NCBI GenBank assembly: GCA_003559095.1
Contig: PWMW01000053.1
Span: forward strand, 1,578 to 25,577
Direction of reading: 5' to 3'
DNA from: Clostridiales bacterium
GTDB lineage: Bacteria > Bacillota > Limnochordia > Darwinibacteriales > B1SED10-159
DNA length: 24,000 nt
Part shown: in pieces, positions 8,585 to 17,610 of the stretch
Position numbering within the stretch: the stretch's first letter is position 1
Layout: each line of letters opens with the position of its first letter
Notes under the pieces: model-generated
Databases searched by the model: none
What the model saw: the letters and a program-made list of their open reading frames with translations, nothing else
Told to the model about the DNA's origin: nothing
Made by a program: the position numbers and the translations under genes

Positions 8585-9682
8585 ATGTTTGAGTTTGATA
8601 TGGAAAATGGCCAATTCGCTAATATAAAGGTGATTGGGTGCGGCGGTGCCGGCAGTAATGCTGTGAACCGCATGATTCACGCCGGACTCAAGGGAGTGCA
8701 GTTTATCGCCCTTAACACGGATGCGCAAGCCCTCCTTCTGTCTGAAGCCGGACATACCATTCAATTGGGTGAAAAATTGACAAAAGGCTTAGGTGCCGGC
8801 TCCAATCCAGATATTGGGCAGCGTTCGGCTGAAGAAAGTCGTGAAGAAATTCGCCAAGCCCTTGAGGGCGCTGATATGGTCTTCATTACTGCAGGCATGG
8901 GCGGCGGCACCGGAACAGGTGCTGCGCCAGTGGTGGCTGAGATAGCTCGCGAAGTTTCGGCCCTTACAGTAGGTGTTGTTACGAAGCCCTTCACGTTTGA
9001 AGGGCGGCGGCGCATGGCCCAGGCCGAACAGGGAATCGAGATCTTAAAATCCAAAGTGGATACGCTGATTACAATTCCCAATGACCGTCTGCTGCAGGTG
9101 GTTGAGAAACGCACCAGCATGATCGAAGCTTTCAAGATTGCTGATGATGTTCTCCGTCAGGGCGTGCAGGGAATATCTGATCTGATCACTGTTCCCGGAT
9201 TGATTAATCTCGATTTTGCCGACGTACGCACCATTATGACCGATGCGGGTTCGGCGTTGATGGGTATTGGGCAGGCGTCAGGTGAGGATCGGGCTATGGA
9301 GGCAGCGAAGCAGGCAATTTCCAGTCCGCTGCTGGAAGCATCGATCGAGGGAGCCAAGGGTATACTTCTCAGCCTCACGGGCAGCTCTAGTTTGGGCATC
9401 TATGAAGTGAATGAAGCGGCAGAGATCATCTCGGAAGCGGCCGACCCCGAAGCGAACATCATTTTCGGAGCTGTGATCGACGAAAACTTGAAAGATGAGC
9501 TGCGAGTCACGGTAATTGCCACCGGTTTTGATGTCAGCCATACTTCTATTTCGCTGGACGGTAAGGCCAAGTCTCAGTCTCAGTCTCAGTCTCAGACGGC
9601 ACCCAGTTCGAAAGAGTTGGAAGTGCGGTCATTTAACAGTAACGAGAACCTAGAAATTCCAGCGTTTTTGCGGCGCAAGTAA
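8585..9682 (+). CDS. ftsZ: Cell division GTPase FtsZ
   Basis: Tubulin signature [12 protein letters not shown]-terminal [17 protein letters not shown], and the conserved C-terminal docking peptide [18 protein letters not shown] lies about 5 nt before the ATG. Confidence 0.98.
   Translation: MFEFDMENGQFANIKVIGCGGAGSNAVNRMIHAGLKGVQFIALNTDAQALLLSEAGHTIQLGEKLTKGLGAGSNPDIGQRSAEESREEIRQALEGADMVFITAGMGGGTGTGAAPVVAEIAREVSALTVGVVTKPFTFEGRRRMAQAEQGIEILKSKVDTLITIPNDRLLQVVEKRTSMIEAFKIADDVLRQGVQGISDLITVPGLINLDFADVRTIMTDAGSALMGIGQASGEDRAMEAAKQAISSPLLEASIEGAKGILLSLTGSSSLGIYEVNEAAEIISEAADPEANIIFGAVIDENLKDELRVTVIATGFDVSHTSISLDGKAKSQSQSQSQTAPSSKELEVRSFNSNENLEIPAFLRRK
9571..9595 (+). repeat. Hexanucleotide microsatellite (GTCTCA)x4 encoding (SQ)4 in the FtsZ C-terminal linker
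   Basis: Four perfect tandem copies, gtctca gtctca gtctca gtctca, are read directly. They are in frame and translate to [10 protein letters not shown]. Confidence 0.9.
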
Positions 9683-9752
9683 CGGCCCTGCAGTTTGGCC
9701 TGGGTGCAATCCCGGGCCGCAGAACCTAGTGGCGTCGCAGCATAACCACCCA

Positions 9753-9777
9753 AGAGGGCTTAGGCTCTCTTTTTTTG
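9753..9777 (+). terminator. Rho-independent terminator downstream of ftsZ
   Basis: Stem AGAGGGC (9753-9759) pairs with GCTCTCT (9764-9770): 7 bp including one G-U, loop TTAG, followed by TTTTTT (9771-9776). Confidence 0.75.
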
Positions 9778-9844
9778 TGCGGCACCGGGCCCTATGATAC
9801 TGGTAGCTGCCGGCGCTGTTCCGTGAGCTAGACCACGGTTAACG

Positions 9845-9873
9845 TGGCAGTTAGGCATCTTTTCATGTATAAT
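9845..9873 (+). promoter_or_regulatory. Putative sigma70-type promoter for nrdR (perfect -10, weak -35)
   Basis: TATAAT at 9868-9873, 32 nt upstream of the nrdR GTG and downstream of the ftsZ terminator. At 17-nt spacing the only -35 candidate is the poor match TGGCAG (9845-9850). Confidence 0.35.
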
Positions 9874-9905
9874 GAACCTAGTGATGGTCAAGGGAGGTTA
9901 CAGGC

Positions 9906-10364
9906 GTGCGCTGCCCTTTTTGTCTTTATGACGACAGCAAGGTTTTGGATTCTAGGTCGACGGAGGAGGGAGCCTCCATCCGGCGGCGGCGAGAATGTGC
10001 CCAATGCGGAAAACGCTTCACAACCTACGAACGGCTCGAAGATGTGCCTTTGATGGTGATCAAGAAAGATGGTCGGCGCGAAGCGTTCAACCGCGCCAAG
10101 GTTCTTAACGGTGTTCTTCGCGCCTGCGAAAAGCGCCCCGTGGCCATGGACGCCATTGAGGCATTAGTGGACGATGTTGAACGGGAACTCCGCAGCAGTC
10201 TGGAAAGGGAAGCATCGTCAGAGCAGATTGGCCTGTTGGTTATGGAACGTCTGCGGGCCTTGGATGAGGTGGCTTACGTACGCTTTGCCTCTGTCTATCG
10301 GCAGTTTAAAGATATCAACCGCTTCATGGACGAACTGAAAGAACTGTTGAATGGAGAGAGATGA
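9906..10364 (+). CDS. nrdR: Transcriptional repressor NrdR (Zn-ribbon + ATP-cone)
   Basis: [17 protein letters not shown]...[17 protein letters not shown] Zn ribbon followed by an ATP-cone ([16 protein letters not shown]...YVRFASVY). GGGAGG 9892-9897 lies 8 nt before GTG 9906. Confidence 0.95.
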   Translation: MRCPFCLYDDSKVLDSRSTEEGASIRRRRECAQCGKRFTTYERLEDVPLMVIKKDGRREAFNRAKVLNGVLRACEKRPVAMDAIEALVDDVERELRSSLEREASSEQIGLLVMERLRALDEVAYVRFASVYRQFKDINRFMDELKELLNGER

Positions 10365-10367
10365 TCT

Positions 10368-11093
10368 ATGTCTGGTACTATTCATCCACACATCTGGCAG
10401 CCCGCATCCCTGCTGCAACTAGCCCATGTCCGGGCTGGCTTGACCACGCGGGGTTTTGGGAACATGGCCCCCTATGTGGGGGATGTGGAGGAGGCGACGC
10501 AAAACCGGGTCCAACTGGCAGGCATATTAGGGTGTTCCGCCGAGGCCGTGGTCTGGGCAACCCAAGTTCACGGCACCGATATCGCTGAAGCTGATCGTCG
10601 CTCCACAGGCTGCTTGGGAACCTTCGACGCCATCGTGACCAGAGAACCTGGTTGTCTGCTTCTTTGTTACACAGCCGATTGCGTCCCCATATGGCTTGTG
10701 TCATCGCGTCGTCCCTTGGGTGCTGTGGTTCACGCTGGATGGCGCGGCAGTGCTGCTCTAGTGGTCAGGGCTGCGGTGGAACAGCTCATCAAGTTAGGTG
10801 CCGAGCCAACGGAGCTGCACGCCGTTGTGGGTCCTGCTATCCAAGGTTCGTGCTATGAAGTGGGACGAGAAACTGCTGAGCGATTTCCCGAAGCGGTGGT
10901 TGATGCCGACGGCGGCGGTTATCGTGTCGATCTTCCGTTATTTAACCGAATGCAGCTGCAGGAAGCAGGCATTCCCAAACGCCATATCGAAACCAGCCGC
11001 CTATGCACCCACTGCCACCAAGGGTTTTCGTCGTATCGGCGCGAAAAGGAAGCAGCCCAGCGTATGGCAGCGTTTTTGCTATTTGGCTCGTAA
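10368..11093 (+). CDS. pgeF: Peptidoglycan editing factor PgeF / YfiH / YlmD family (DUF152, laccase-domain protein)
   Basis: Family hallmarks QVHGTDI, CYTADCVPIWL, HAGWRG and a C-terminal CTHC. The ATG lies 3 nt after the nrdR stop. A ylmD-type gene downstream of ftsZ is also seen in Bacillus. Confidence 0.85.
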   Translation: MSGTIHPHIWQPASLLQLAHVRAGLTTRGFGNMAPYVGDVEEATQNRVQLAGILGCSAEAVVWATQVHGTDIAEADRRSTGCLGTFDAIVTREPGCLLLCYTADCVPIWLVSSRRPLGAVVHAGWRGSAALVVRAAVEQLIKLGAEPTELHAVVGPAIQGSCYEVGRETAERFPEAVVDADGGGYRVDLPLFNRMQLQEAGIPKRHIETSRLCTHCHQGFSSYRREKEAAQRMAAFLLFGS

Positions 11094-11141
11094 AGGATTT
11101 CGCTGCGTAAATGTGGAAATTTAGGATTTAGGGGTGATGTT

Positions 11142-13478
11142 GTGGCGGACAAACCAGCGTTTCCGTGGAAACGAGAAATTTTCGGTGTCTTGGTCTTGGC
11201 AGCCGCAGTATTCTCGTTGTTAAGTCTGTATATACAGGGTACGGGTATTGTGGGCCATTACATAAGGATCGCTGTGGAGTTCTTGTTCGGGCGCACGGGT
11301 CCGGTATTTGTGGTTATCGCCATGTACGGAGCCTTGCGAGTGATTCGCGGTACACATCGCAAGATATCGCCGTTGCGGGCGGCCGGTGTGGCATTGGTGG
11401 TGCTCACTGGTGTGACGCTGTTTCATACACTGGCAGTGTATCGCGGGTACCAACTGCCGCCTGCGCTCGGTGAGGAATTGGCCATGGTCCAGTATGGTCA
11501 AGGCAGCGGCGTGCTGGGTGCTATCTTAATGACCGCTCTGCTCACTGCCTTTGGGCTGCCAGGAAGTTACGTGATCATGGCAGCGGCGTTGGCTATTGGA
11601 CTGATTCTGTGGTTCCATGTGTCCCTCATCCAACTGCTGAAGCTGCTGGTAGGCGGGGTAACCCAGCGCCTCCGGGCTCTAGGGTCATCCCTGCGAAATC
11701 GGCTGCGGCAGCGGATTCAGGATATGAAGAATCGGCGGCAAGAGGCGAAGCGATTGCGCCAGGAGGCAAAGCGACAGCGCCGGGAGGAACAACGCCTGGC
11801 CAAGCAACGGCGAAAAAGTGCAGCGACAAAACGCCCCAAGCAGCCTGCAAGCCCGGTGTCTGAACCAGACCAAGCTGCGGCTGCCGCAGCAATGACCAAA
11901 GGACCAAGCAGTCAGAGGTCTGATCCTTCGTTTCGGATTGCCAAGGGCGGGAGTGAATCTTCCTCCAACGATGAGCGGGCCAGTGTTCCGTCACCAGAAC
12001 CCAAGGCAAAGATCAAAGTTCCGAAAGTTAGAGGGGAAGGGTTTCACTTACCGCCGCTGAATCTTCTCAATAAGGGAAAACCACAGAAATCAGCGGATGC
12101 CAATGATGACCAAAGCCGGCTGTTGGAGGATACTTGTCGTTCTTTCGGAATCGAAGCCTCTGTGGTCAACGTTTCGCGGGGGCCTGTGGTCACCCGCTAC
12201 GAACTGCAGCCTGCCCGAGGAATCAAAGTAAGCAAAATTACCGGTTTGGCCGATGACATTGCCCTGGCTCTAGCAGCTTCTGACGTCAGGATTGAGGCCC
12301 CGGTTCCGGGCAAGAGTGTGGTGGGCATTGAGATCCCCAATCGGGAAACGCAGGCTGTGTTTTTCCGAGACGTCCTCGAAAGCGAAGCTTTTACGGAACA
12401 GGATTCCAAAGTGGCCTTAGCTTTGGGGAAAGATATCGCTGGACAGGCCGTGGTTGCGGATCTAAAACGATGGCTGCATCTGCTTGTAGCGGGCTCTACG
12501 GGCTCTGGGAAAAGTGTCTGCCTGAACAGCATCATTGGCAGTTTGCTTTACAAGGCGACGCCGGATGAAGTGAAACTTTTGATGATCGACCCCAAGCGAG
12601 TGGAGTTAGCAGTGTATGACGGTGTCCCGCATCTATTGGCTCCGGTGGTGACGGATCCCAAACGCGCTGCAGTGGCTCTGCGCTGGGCCGTGGGGGAGAT
12701 GGAGCGTCGGTACAAGCTCTTCGAGAAGACCGGTGTCCGCAACATTGACATGTACCAAGAGTGGCTGAAGTCTCCCAAGGCAGCTCAGATGAAGGAGCAG
12801 GGTGAGAATGTGGATTCCCTGCCCTACATTGTGATTATTGTGGATGAGCTGGCGGACTTGATGATGGTTGCGGCATCGGAAGTGGAAGATGCCATCTGTC
12901 GTCTGGCTCAAATGGCGCGAGCCGCTGGTATGTACTTGATCATTGCTACCCAGCGTCCTTCGGTGGACGTGATTACCGGACTGATTAAGGCCAATGTTCC
13001 TTCGCGAATTGCCTTCGCCGTGTCCAGCCAAGTGGACTCTCGTACCATCTTGGACATGGGCGGTGCCGAACGTCTCATTGGCAAAGGCGATATGCTGTAC
13101 TATCCCATGGGTGCATCCAAGCCGACGCGGGCGCAAGGAGCGTGGATTTCCGACCGCGAAATTGAAGCTTTGGTTGAGTTCTGGAAACAGCAGGGAGAGC
13201 CGGCCTATGAAGAGAACGTGGAAGAACCGTCAGCAGTGGATGAGTCAAGTCACGATTCCACGGAAGATGAGTTGCTGCCCGATGCAATCCGTCTAGTGGT
13301 TGATACGGGCCAAGCTTCCATATCCATGCTGCAGCGACGTTTCCGCATCGGGTACAGTCGGGCAGCTCGCTTGATTGATATGATGGAAGTTCGCGGCATT
13401 GTTGGCAGTTACCAGGGCAGCAAGCCCCGTGAAGTGCTGGTGGATTCTTCCGATTTGGAGGGAACAGAACATGAATAA
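11142..13478 (+). CDS. ftsK: DNA translocase FtsK/SpoIIIE
   Basis: N-terminal 4-5 TMs, a low-complexity basic/Pro-rich linker, a motor domain with Walker A GSTGSGKS and Walker [12 protein letters not shown], and a C-terminal gamma winged-helix ([31 protein letters not shown]). Confidence 0.95.
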   Translation: MADKPAFPWKREIFGVLVLAAAVFSLLSLYIQGTGIVGHYIRIAVEFLFGRTGPVFVVIAMYGALRVIRGTHRKISPLRAAGVALVVLTGVTLFHTLAVYRGYQLPPALGEELAMVQYGQGSGVLGAILMTALLTAFGLPGSYVIMAAALAIGLILWFHVSLIQLLKLLVGGVTQRLRALGSSLRNRLRQRIQDMKNRRQEAKRLRQEAKRQRREEQRLAKQRRKSAATKRPKQPASPVSEPDQAAAAAAMTKGPSSQRSDPSFRIAKGGSESSSNDERASVPSPEPKAKIKVPKVRGEGFHLPPLNLLNKGKPQKSADANDDQSRLLEDTCRSFGIEASVVNVSRGPVVTRYELQPARGIKVSKITGLADDIALALAASDVRIEAPVPGKSVVGIEIPNRETQAVFFRDVLESEAFTEQDSKVALALGKDIAGQAVVADLKRWLHLLVAGSTGSGKSVCLNSIIGSLLYKATPDEVKLLMIDPKRVELAVYDGVPHLLAPVVTDPKRAAVALRWAVGEMERRYKLFEKTGVRNIDMYQEWLKSPKAAQMKEQGENVDSLPYIVIIVDELADLMMVAASEVEDAICRLAQMARAAGMYLIIATQRPSVDVITGLIKANVPSRIAFAVSSQVDSRTILDMGGAERLIGKGDMLYYPMGASKPTRAQGAWISDREIEALVEFWKQQGEPAYEENVEEPSAVDESSHDSTEDELLPDAIRLVVDTGQASISMLQRRFRIGYSRAARLIDMMEVRGIVGSYQGSKPREVLVDSSDLEGTEHE

Positions 13479-13911
13479 TTTGCAGGAACTGGGTTCCGTG
13501 TTCTATCGGGCAAGAATGGAGCTTAATTTGTCCATTGAGGAGTTAGAACAGCAAACCAAAATTCGTTCACGTTTCTTGCGAGCTATCGAAGATGGTCGCT
13601 TCGACGAAATTCCCGGTGAAGTCTACCTTAAGGGATTTTTGCGCAGCTATGCCAGAGCGGTAGATCTGGACCCTGAGCAGGTCCTAATCCAATACTACCA
13701 GCTGGCAGGCGGTGCCGAAGCGCCTGTAAAAAACCAGCCTCCGCCCAAGCCCACGGCGGACGAGTCGGTACCCGTGCGAGCTAGACCGTCGCTGCGCCAA
13801 CGACGGGCACGGCAGCGCCGTCGGCAGCGCGTCATCGCGGCTGTAGCTTTGGTCGTGCTCGTTGCGGCTGGTGCCGCGTTGTTTTTCTGGAATGACCTGA
13901 GTATTTTCTAG
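13471..13911 (+). CDS. RodZ-like helix-turn-helix protein with a C-terminal membrane anchor
   Basis: 146 aa. The N-terminal HTH resembles the RodZ cytoplasmic domain ([48 protein letters not shown]). It is followed by a Pro/Arg-rich linker and a TM ([20 protein letters not shown]) 7 residues from the C-terminus. GGAGGG 13457-13462 lies 8 nt before ATG 13471, which overlaps the ftsK stop by 8 nt. Confidence 0.65.
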   Translation: MNNLQELGSVFYRARMELNLSIEELEQQTKIRSRFLRAIEDGRFDEIPGEVYLKGFLRSYARAVDLDPEQVLIQYYQLAGGAEAPVKNQPPPKPTADESVPVRARPSLRQRRARQRRRQRVIAAVALVVLVAAGAALFFWNDLSIF

Positions 13912-13921
13912 GAGGATATTT

Positions 13922-14830
13922 GTGGAACGTAATGACTATTTGATTAGAGCCACAGCTGCATCGGGGGCATTAAGAGCTTTTGCCCTGCAGACTACGGAGT
14001 TAACCAACGAAGCGCAGTGGCGGCACGGCCTGTTCCCCGTGGCCTCAGCCGCGTTGGGGCGGACCATGGCTGTGGCCTTGGTCATGGGATCGATGCTCAA
14101 GGGACCAGAACACCTCACTGTCCAGATACAAAGTGAGGGCCCTTTGCAGGGGCTGGTAGTCAGTACTGATTCTGTGGGCAATGTGCGTGGTTATGTCCGC
14201 AATCCCCGTGTGCAGCTGCCACTGAACAACAAAGGAAAACTGGCTGTCGGTGATGGCCTGCATCCTGGTACGCTGCATGTCATTCGTGACATGGGTTTGA
14301 AGGGTCCGTATCAAGGCTCTGTAGCCCTGCAAACTGGCGAGGTAGGCGATGATTTTGCCTACTATTTTGCCGTTTCGGAGCAAACGCCATCGGTGGTCAG
14401 TATCGGAACGTTGGTAAATCCCGATGGTTCTGTGCGCAAAAGCGGTGGTTATGTCATACAACTGCTTCCGGAAGCCGAACCTGCATTGGTTGACCGTCTG
14501 GAAGAACGGATTCCCCATGTTCCCCCTGTTACAACCCTTTTGGATAGCGGAAAGTCTCCCGAGGCTATTCTGCACCTTGTGTTGGGGGATCTGGATTTGA
14601 AGATTCAAGAGACTCGGCCGGTCCAATATCACTGCCCTTGTTCTCTAGAGCGGTTTCGCGATGGCCTTGTGACCCTAGGACGTGAGGAACTGGAAACGTT
14701 AGTGCGTGAAGAAGAGCAGCTGGAGTTGGTCTGTCACTTTTGCCAGGAAAAGTATTATGTTTCGCGGGACGATGTGCAAGAGCTTTTGGATGAACTAACC
14801 AATCGTTCCGCAGGGGATATTGAGGGGTGA
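13922..14830 (+). CDS. hslO: Redox-regulated chaperone Hsp33 (HslO)
   Basis: About 300 aa with the Hsp33 Zn-centre cysteines CPCS...(about 30 aa)...CHFCQEKY at the C-terminus. GGAGG 13911-13915 lies 6 nt before GTG 13922. Confidence 0.92.
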   Translation: MERNDYLIRATAASGALRAFALQTTELTNEAQWRHGLFPVASAALGRTMAVALVMGSMLKGPEHLTVQIQSEGPLQGLVVSTDSVGNVRGYVRNPRVQLPLNNKGKLAVGDGLHPGTLHVIRDMGLKGPYQGSVALQTGEVGDDFAYYFAVSEQTPSVVSIGTLVNPDGSVRKSGGYVIQLLPEAEPALVDRLEERIPHVPPVTTLLDSGKSPEAILHLVLGDLDLKIQETRPVQYHCPCSLERFRDGLVTLGREELETLVREEEQLELVCHFCQEKYYVSRDDVQELLDELTNRSAGDIEG

Positions 14831-14837
14831 TTCTCCC

Positions 14838-17528
14838 GTGTTGTTGAAGCGTGTGCTGTTATTGTTGATTGTTGTTTTTATTGTAATGCTTGGTTTGTTG
14901 GCCACAGGAAGCCAGTTTTATACAGATTGGCTTTGGTTTGACAGTCTTGATCTGCAGCAGGTGTTCTGGACTATGCTTTTGTGGGAGCGGGCCGTACCAG
15001 CCGCTGTCTGGCTTTTGTTTGCGCTGTTTTTCTTTGTGAATCTTCGTTTGGCCAAGAATGCTGCCATGCAGTTGTTGTGGCGCAATCCCCAGTTAGCGCA
15101 GATGGTCAAGCCCGTTCATGTCAATGGGATTTTCATCGGTGCCAGCGTCGCACTGGGCTTTTTGTTCGCTGCCGGCACCAGCTTGTTCGCGTTCCAAGCA
15201 GCCAAGTTTTTCCATGCAGTTCCGTTTGGCATTAATGACCCCATCTTCGGTCGTGATGTGGGCTTTTACATGTTCGAACTGCCGTTTTATCAATTTATAC
15301 TGAATCTGGGAATTGCATTCGTGGTTCCTGCGGTCTTGGTCTGCGCGGCCATCTATGGAAGCTCCGGTCATATACAGCTGCGTGGATTTGAGGTGGCCGG
15401 CTCGAAGCACGCTTTGCTGCATGTATCTATCCTGGCCGCGCTCTTTGTCTTGCTGCGTGCAGTGGGTTACTATTTTGATGTTTTCGACCTCATGTTTGCC
15501 TCCGGCGGCGCCGTTTATGGACCGGGATACACCGATGTGCAGATTCGCATCTGGGTGCTGCGCATTTTGGCGGGAATCGCGGTGTTGTCAGGATTGGTGC
15601 TTTTGGTTGGGGGCCGCAAGCGGATTACACGGTTCGCCGTGGTGGTGGGGGTTTGGTTCCTGTTCAGTATTTTGGGAGGCGGGATTGTGCCTGGGCTTGT
15701 CCAGTCATGGATGGTGGAGCCCAATGAGTTCAGCCGTGAAGAACCGTATATCGCCTATCACATTGACATGACCCGCCAAGCCTTTGGTTTGGATAGTTTC
15801 CAGACTCGTGAGTTTTCCGGCAGTCAGGAACTCAACTGGAACCTCATCGAGGACCATTGGGCAACTATTGAAAATATACGCCTGTGGGACCCGCGGCCGT
15901 TGCTGTTGACTTACGGTCAGCTGCAGGAGATGCGCCTTTATTATCGTTTTCTCGATGCAGATATCGGCCGCTATACCATTAACGGTGAGTATCGTCAGGT
16001 GCTGTTGGCGGCCAGGGAATTGGATGTGACTCGTATCCAGAATCGCACCTGGATCAATGAACATCTCCAATACACCCACGGCTACGGTGCGGTAATGAGT
16101 CCGGTTAATGAAGCATCGCGCCAGGGACTGCCGGAGTTTTGGATCTCGGATATCCCGCCGCGCAGCCGCATTGATCTGACCATCGATGTGCCGCAGATCT
16201 ACTTTGGTGAGCGGACGAACCAATATGTTATAGTCAATACGCGGGCTGATGAGTTTGATTATCCTAAGGGCGACCAGAATGCCTTTTACCGCTACACGGG
16301 TGATGACGGGGTAGTTATCAACAGTCTTCTTCGGCGAGCTGCTTATGCCCTCCGCTTTGGCACGTCCCGTATTCTTCTTTCATCGGAGATCAGCAGCGAA
16401 AGCCGCGTTCTGTACAATCGCAACATTCAGCAGCGAGTGCGAAACATTGCTCCCTTCCTACGCTTTGACAATGATCCGTACTTAGTGGTGAACGATGGTC
16501 GCCTCTATTGGATCATGGACGCGTACACCACGTCTGATCGATTCCCCTACAGTCAACCGTATCGGGGCTGGGGGAATTACGTGCGCAACTCGGTGAAGGT
16601 CGTCATCGATGCCTATCACGGAACAGTGGACTTTTACCAAGTTCAGCAAGATCCGCTCCTCGAGACGTATGCGTCCATTTTTCCGGATCTTTTCAAGGAT
16701 TGGAATGACATGGATCCTGGACTGCAGGAGCATATCCGGTATCCGGAGGATCTTTTGGCTATCCAAGCTCAAATGTACGGCACCTACCATATGCAGAACA
16801 CGCGCGTCTTCTACAATCGCGAGGATGTTTGGACATTTGCCAATGAAGTCTATTCCAATCGTGAACAACCTGTGGTACCATATTACGTGATCACCCAGCT
16901 TCCTGGAAAAGACCGGCAAGAGATGATTCTCATGCTGCCGTTCACGCCCATCAGCCGAGCGAATATGGTGGCGTGGTTGGCTGCGCGCAGCGATGCGCCC
17001 CATTACGGGGAAGTCTTCGTTTATTCATTCCCGAAGGATACGTTAACCTTGGGCCCGGCCCAGATCGAAGCCAGGATTGACCAGGATTCGGAGATATCGC
17101 AGCTGCTTTCATTGTGGGGACAGCGAGGTTCGCAGGTGATTCGCGGCAACTTGCTGGTGCTGCCCATTGCCGACGGTCTCTTATACGTTGAGCCACTCTA
17201 CCTGCAATCAGAGCAGAGTGGCATGCCGCAACTGCAGCGTGTAATTGTTGCTCATGGCGATGATCTGGTCATGGCCGAAACGCTGGAACTGGCTCTTTGG
17301 GAGCTTTTCGAAGGAGATATTCCCGAGGATTTGGTGGATCGCACCGACATCGAAAGTGACGTGGTTCGTGAACCGCTGCGGTTGGATGTAGCGGACCTTC
17401 CCCTGCGGGCGCAGGAACTCTATGAAGAAGCATCGGAAGCTCTCCGACGGGGGGACTTCGCCGGATTTGGTGACGCTTGGTACGAATTGGAGCAAGTCTT
17501 GATGCAGTGGACGGAGTCAATGCAGTGA
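14838..17528 (+). CDS. UPF0182-family (COG1615-type) large integral membrane protein of unknown function
   Basis: About 900 aa. The N-terminal third is polytopic (about 7 TMs) and begins with the family-typical YTDWLWFDSL motif. It is followed by a large soluble domain and an acidic C-tail. Recognised from memory of UPF0182 proteins, not searched. GTG 14838 (GAGGGG 14822-14827 upstream) is preferred over the ORF-track TTG 14820. Either start abuts or overlaps the hslO stop. Confidence 0.8.
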   Translation: MLLKRVLLLLIVVFIVMLGLLATGSQFYTDWLWFDSLDLQQVFWTMLLWERAVPAAVWLLFALFFFVNLRLAKNAAMQLLWRNPQLAQMVKPVHVNGIFIGASVALGFLFAAGTSLFAFQAAKFFHAVPFGINDPIFGRDVGFYMFELPFYQFILNLGIAFVVPAVLVCAAIYGSSGHIQLRGFEVAGSKHALLHVSILAALFVLLRAVGYYFDVFDLMFASGGAVYGPGYTDVQIRIWVLRILAGIAVLSGLVLLVGGRKRITRFAVVVGVWFLFSILGGGIVPGLVQSWMVEPNEFSREEPYIAYHIDMTRQAFGLDSFQTREFSGSQELNWNLIEDHWATIENIRLWDPRPLLLTYGQLQEMRLYYRFLDADIGRYTINGEYRQVLLAARELDVTRIQNRTWINEHLQYTHGYGAVMSPVNEASRQGLPEFWISDIPPRSRIDLTIDVPQIYFGERTNQYVIVNTRADEFDYPKGDQNAFYRYTGDDGVVINSLLRRAAYALRFGTSRILLSSEISSESRVLYNRNIQQRVRNIAPFLRFDNDPYLVVNDGRLYWIMDAYTTSDRFPYSQPYRGWGNYVRNSVKVVIDAYHGTVDFYQVQQDPLLETYASIFPDLFKDWNDMDPGLQEHIRYPEDLLAIQAQMYGTYHMQNTRVFYNREDVWTFANEVYSNREQPVVPYYVITQLPGKDRQEMILMLPFTPISRANMVAWLAARSDAPHYGEVFVYSFPKDTLTLGPAQIEARIDQDSEISQLLSLWGQRGSQVIRGNLLVLPIADGLLYVEPLYLQSEQSGMPQLQRVIVAHGDDLVMAETLELALWELFEGDIPEDLVDRTDIESDVVREPLRLDVADLPLRAQELYEEASEALRRGDFAGFGDAWYELEQVLMQWTESMQ

Positions 17529-17531
17529 TGC

Positions 17532-17563
17532 ATGAGCAGGCTGACGGACAGCCTGCTCATTTT
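17532..17563 (+). terminator. Hairpin terminator after the UPF0182 gene
   Basis: Perfect 12-bp stem ATGAGCAGGCTG (17532-17543) pairing with CAGCCTGCTCAT (17549-17560), loop ACGGA. The following T-tract (TTT A) is short, so efficiency is uncertain. Confidence 0.6.
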
Positions 17564-17610
17564 ACCGTCGAATCCTAAGCACAGGGCACGAATTAAGGAG
17601 TGTAGGTTTT

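Noticed and set aside
9833-9847. Near-palindrome CCACGGTTAACGTGG around the -35 region of the putative nrdR promoter, considered as a possible NrdR box or operator.
   Set aside because: It is imperfect (one unpaired G), single-copy and unlike the AT-rich tandem NrdR-box pattern. The evidence is insufficient.
11700-11830. Repetitive DNA and peptide ([28 protein letters not shown]) in ftsK.
   Set aside because: This is low-complexity basic linker typical of FtsK proteins. It is in frame and is not a CRISPR or other interspersed repeat.
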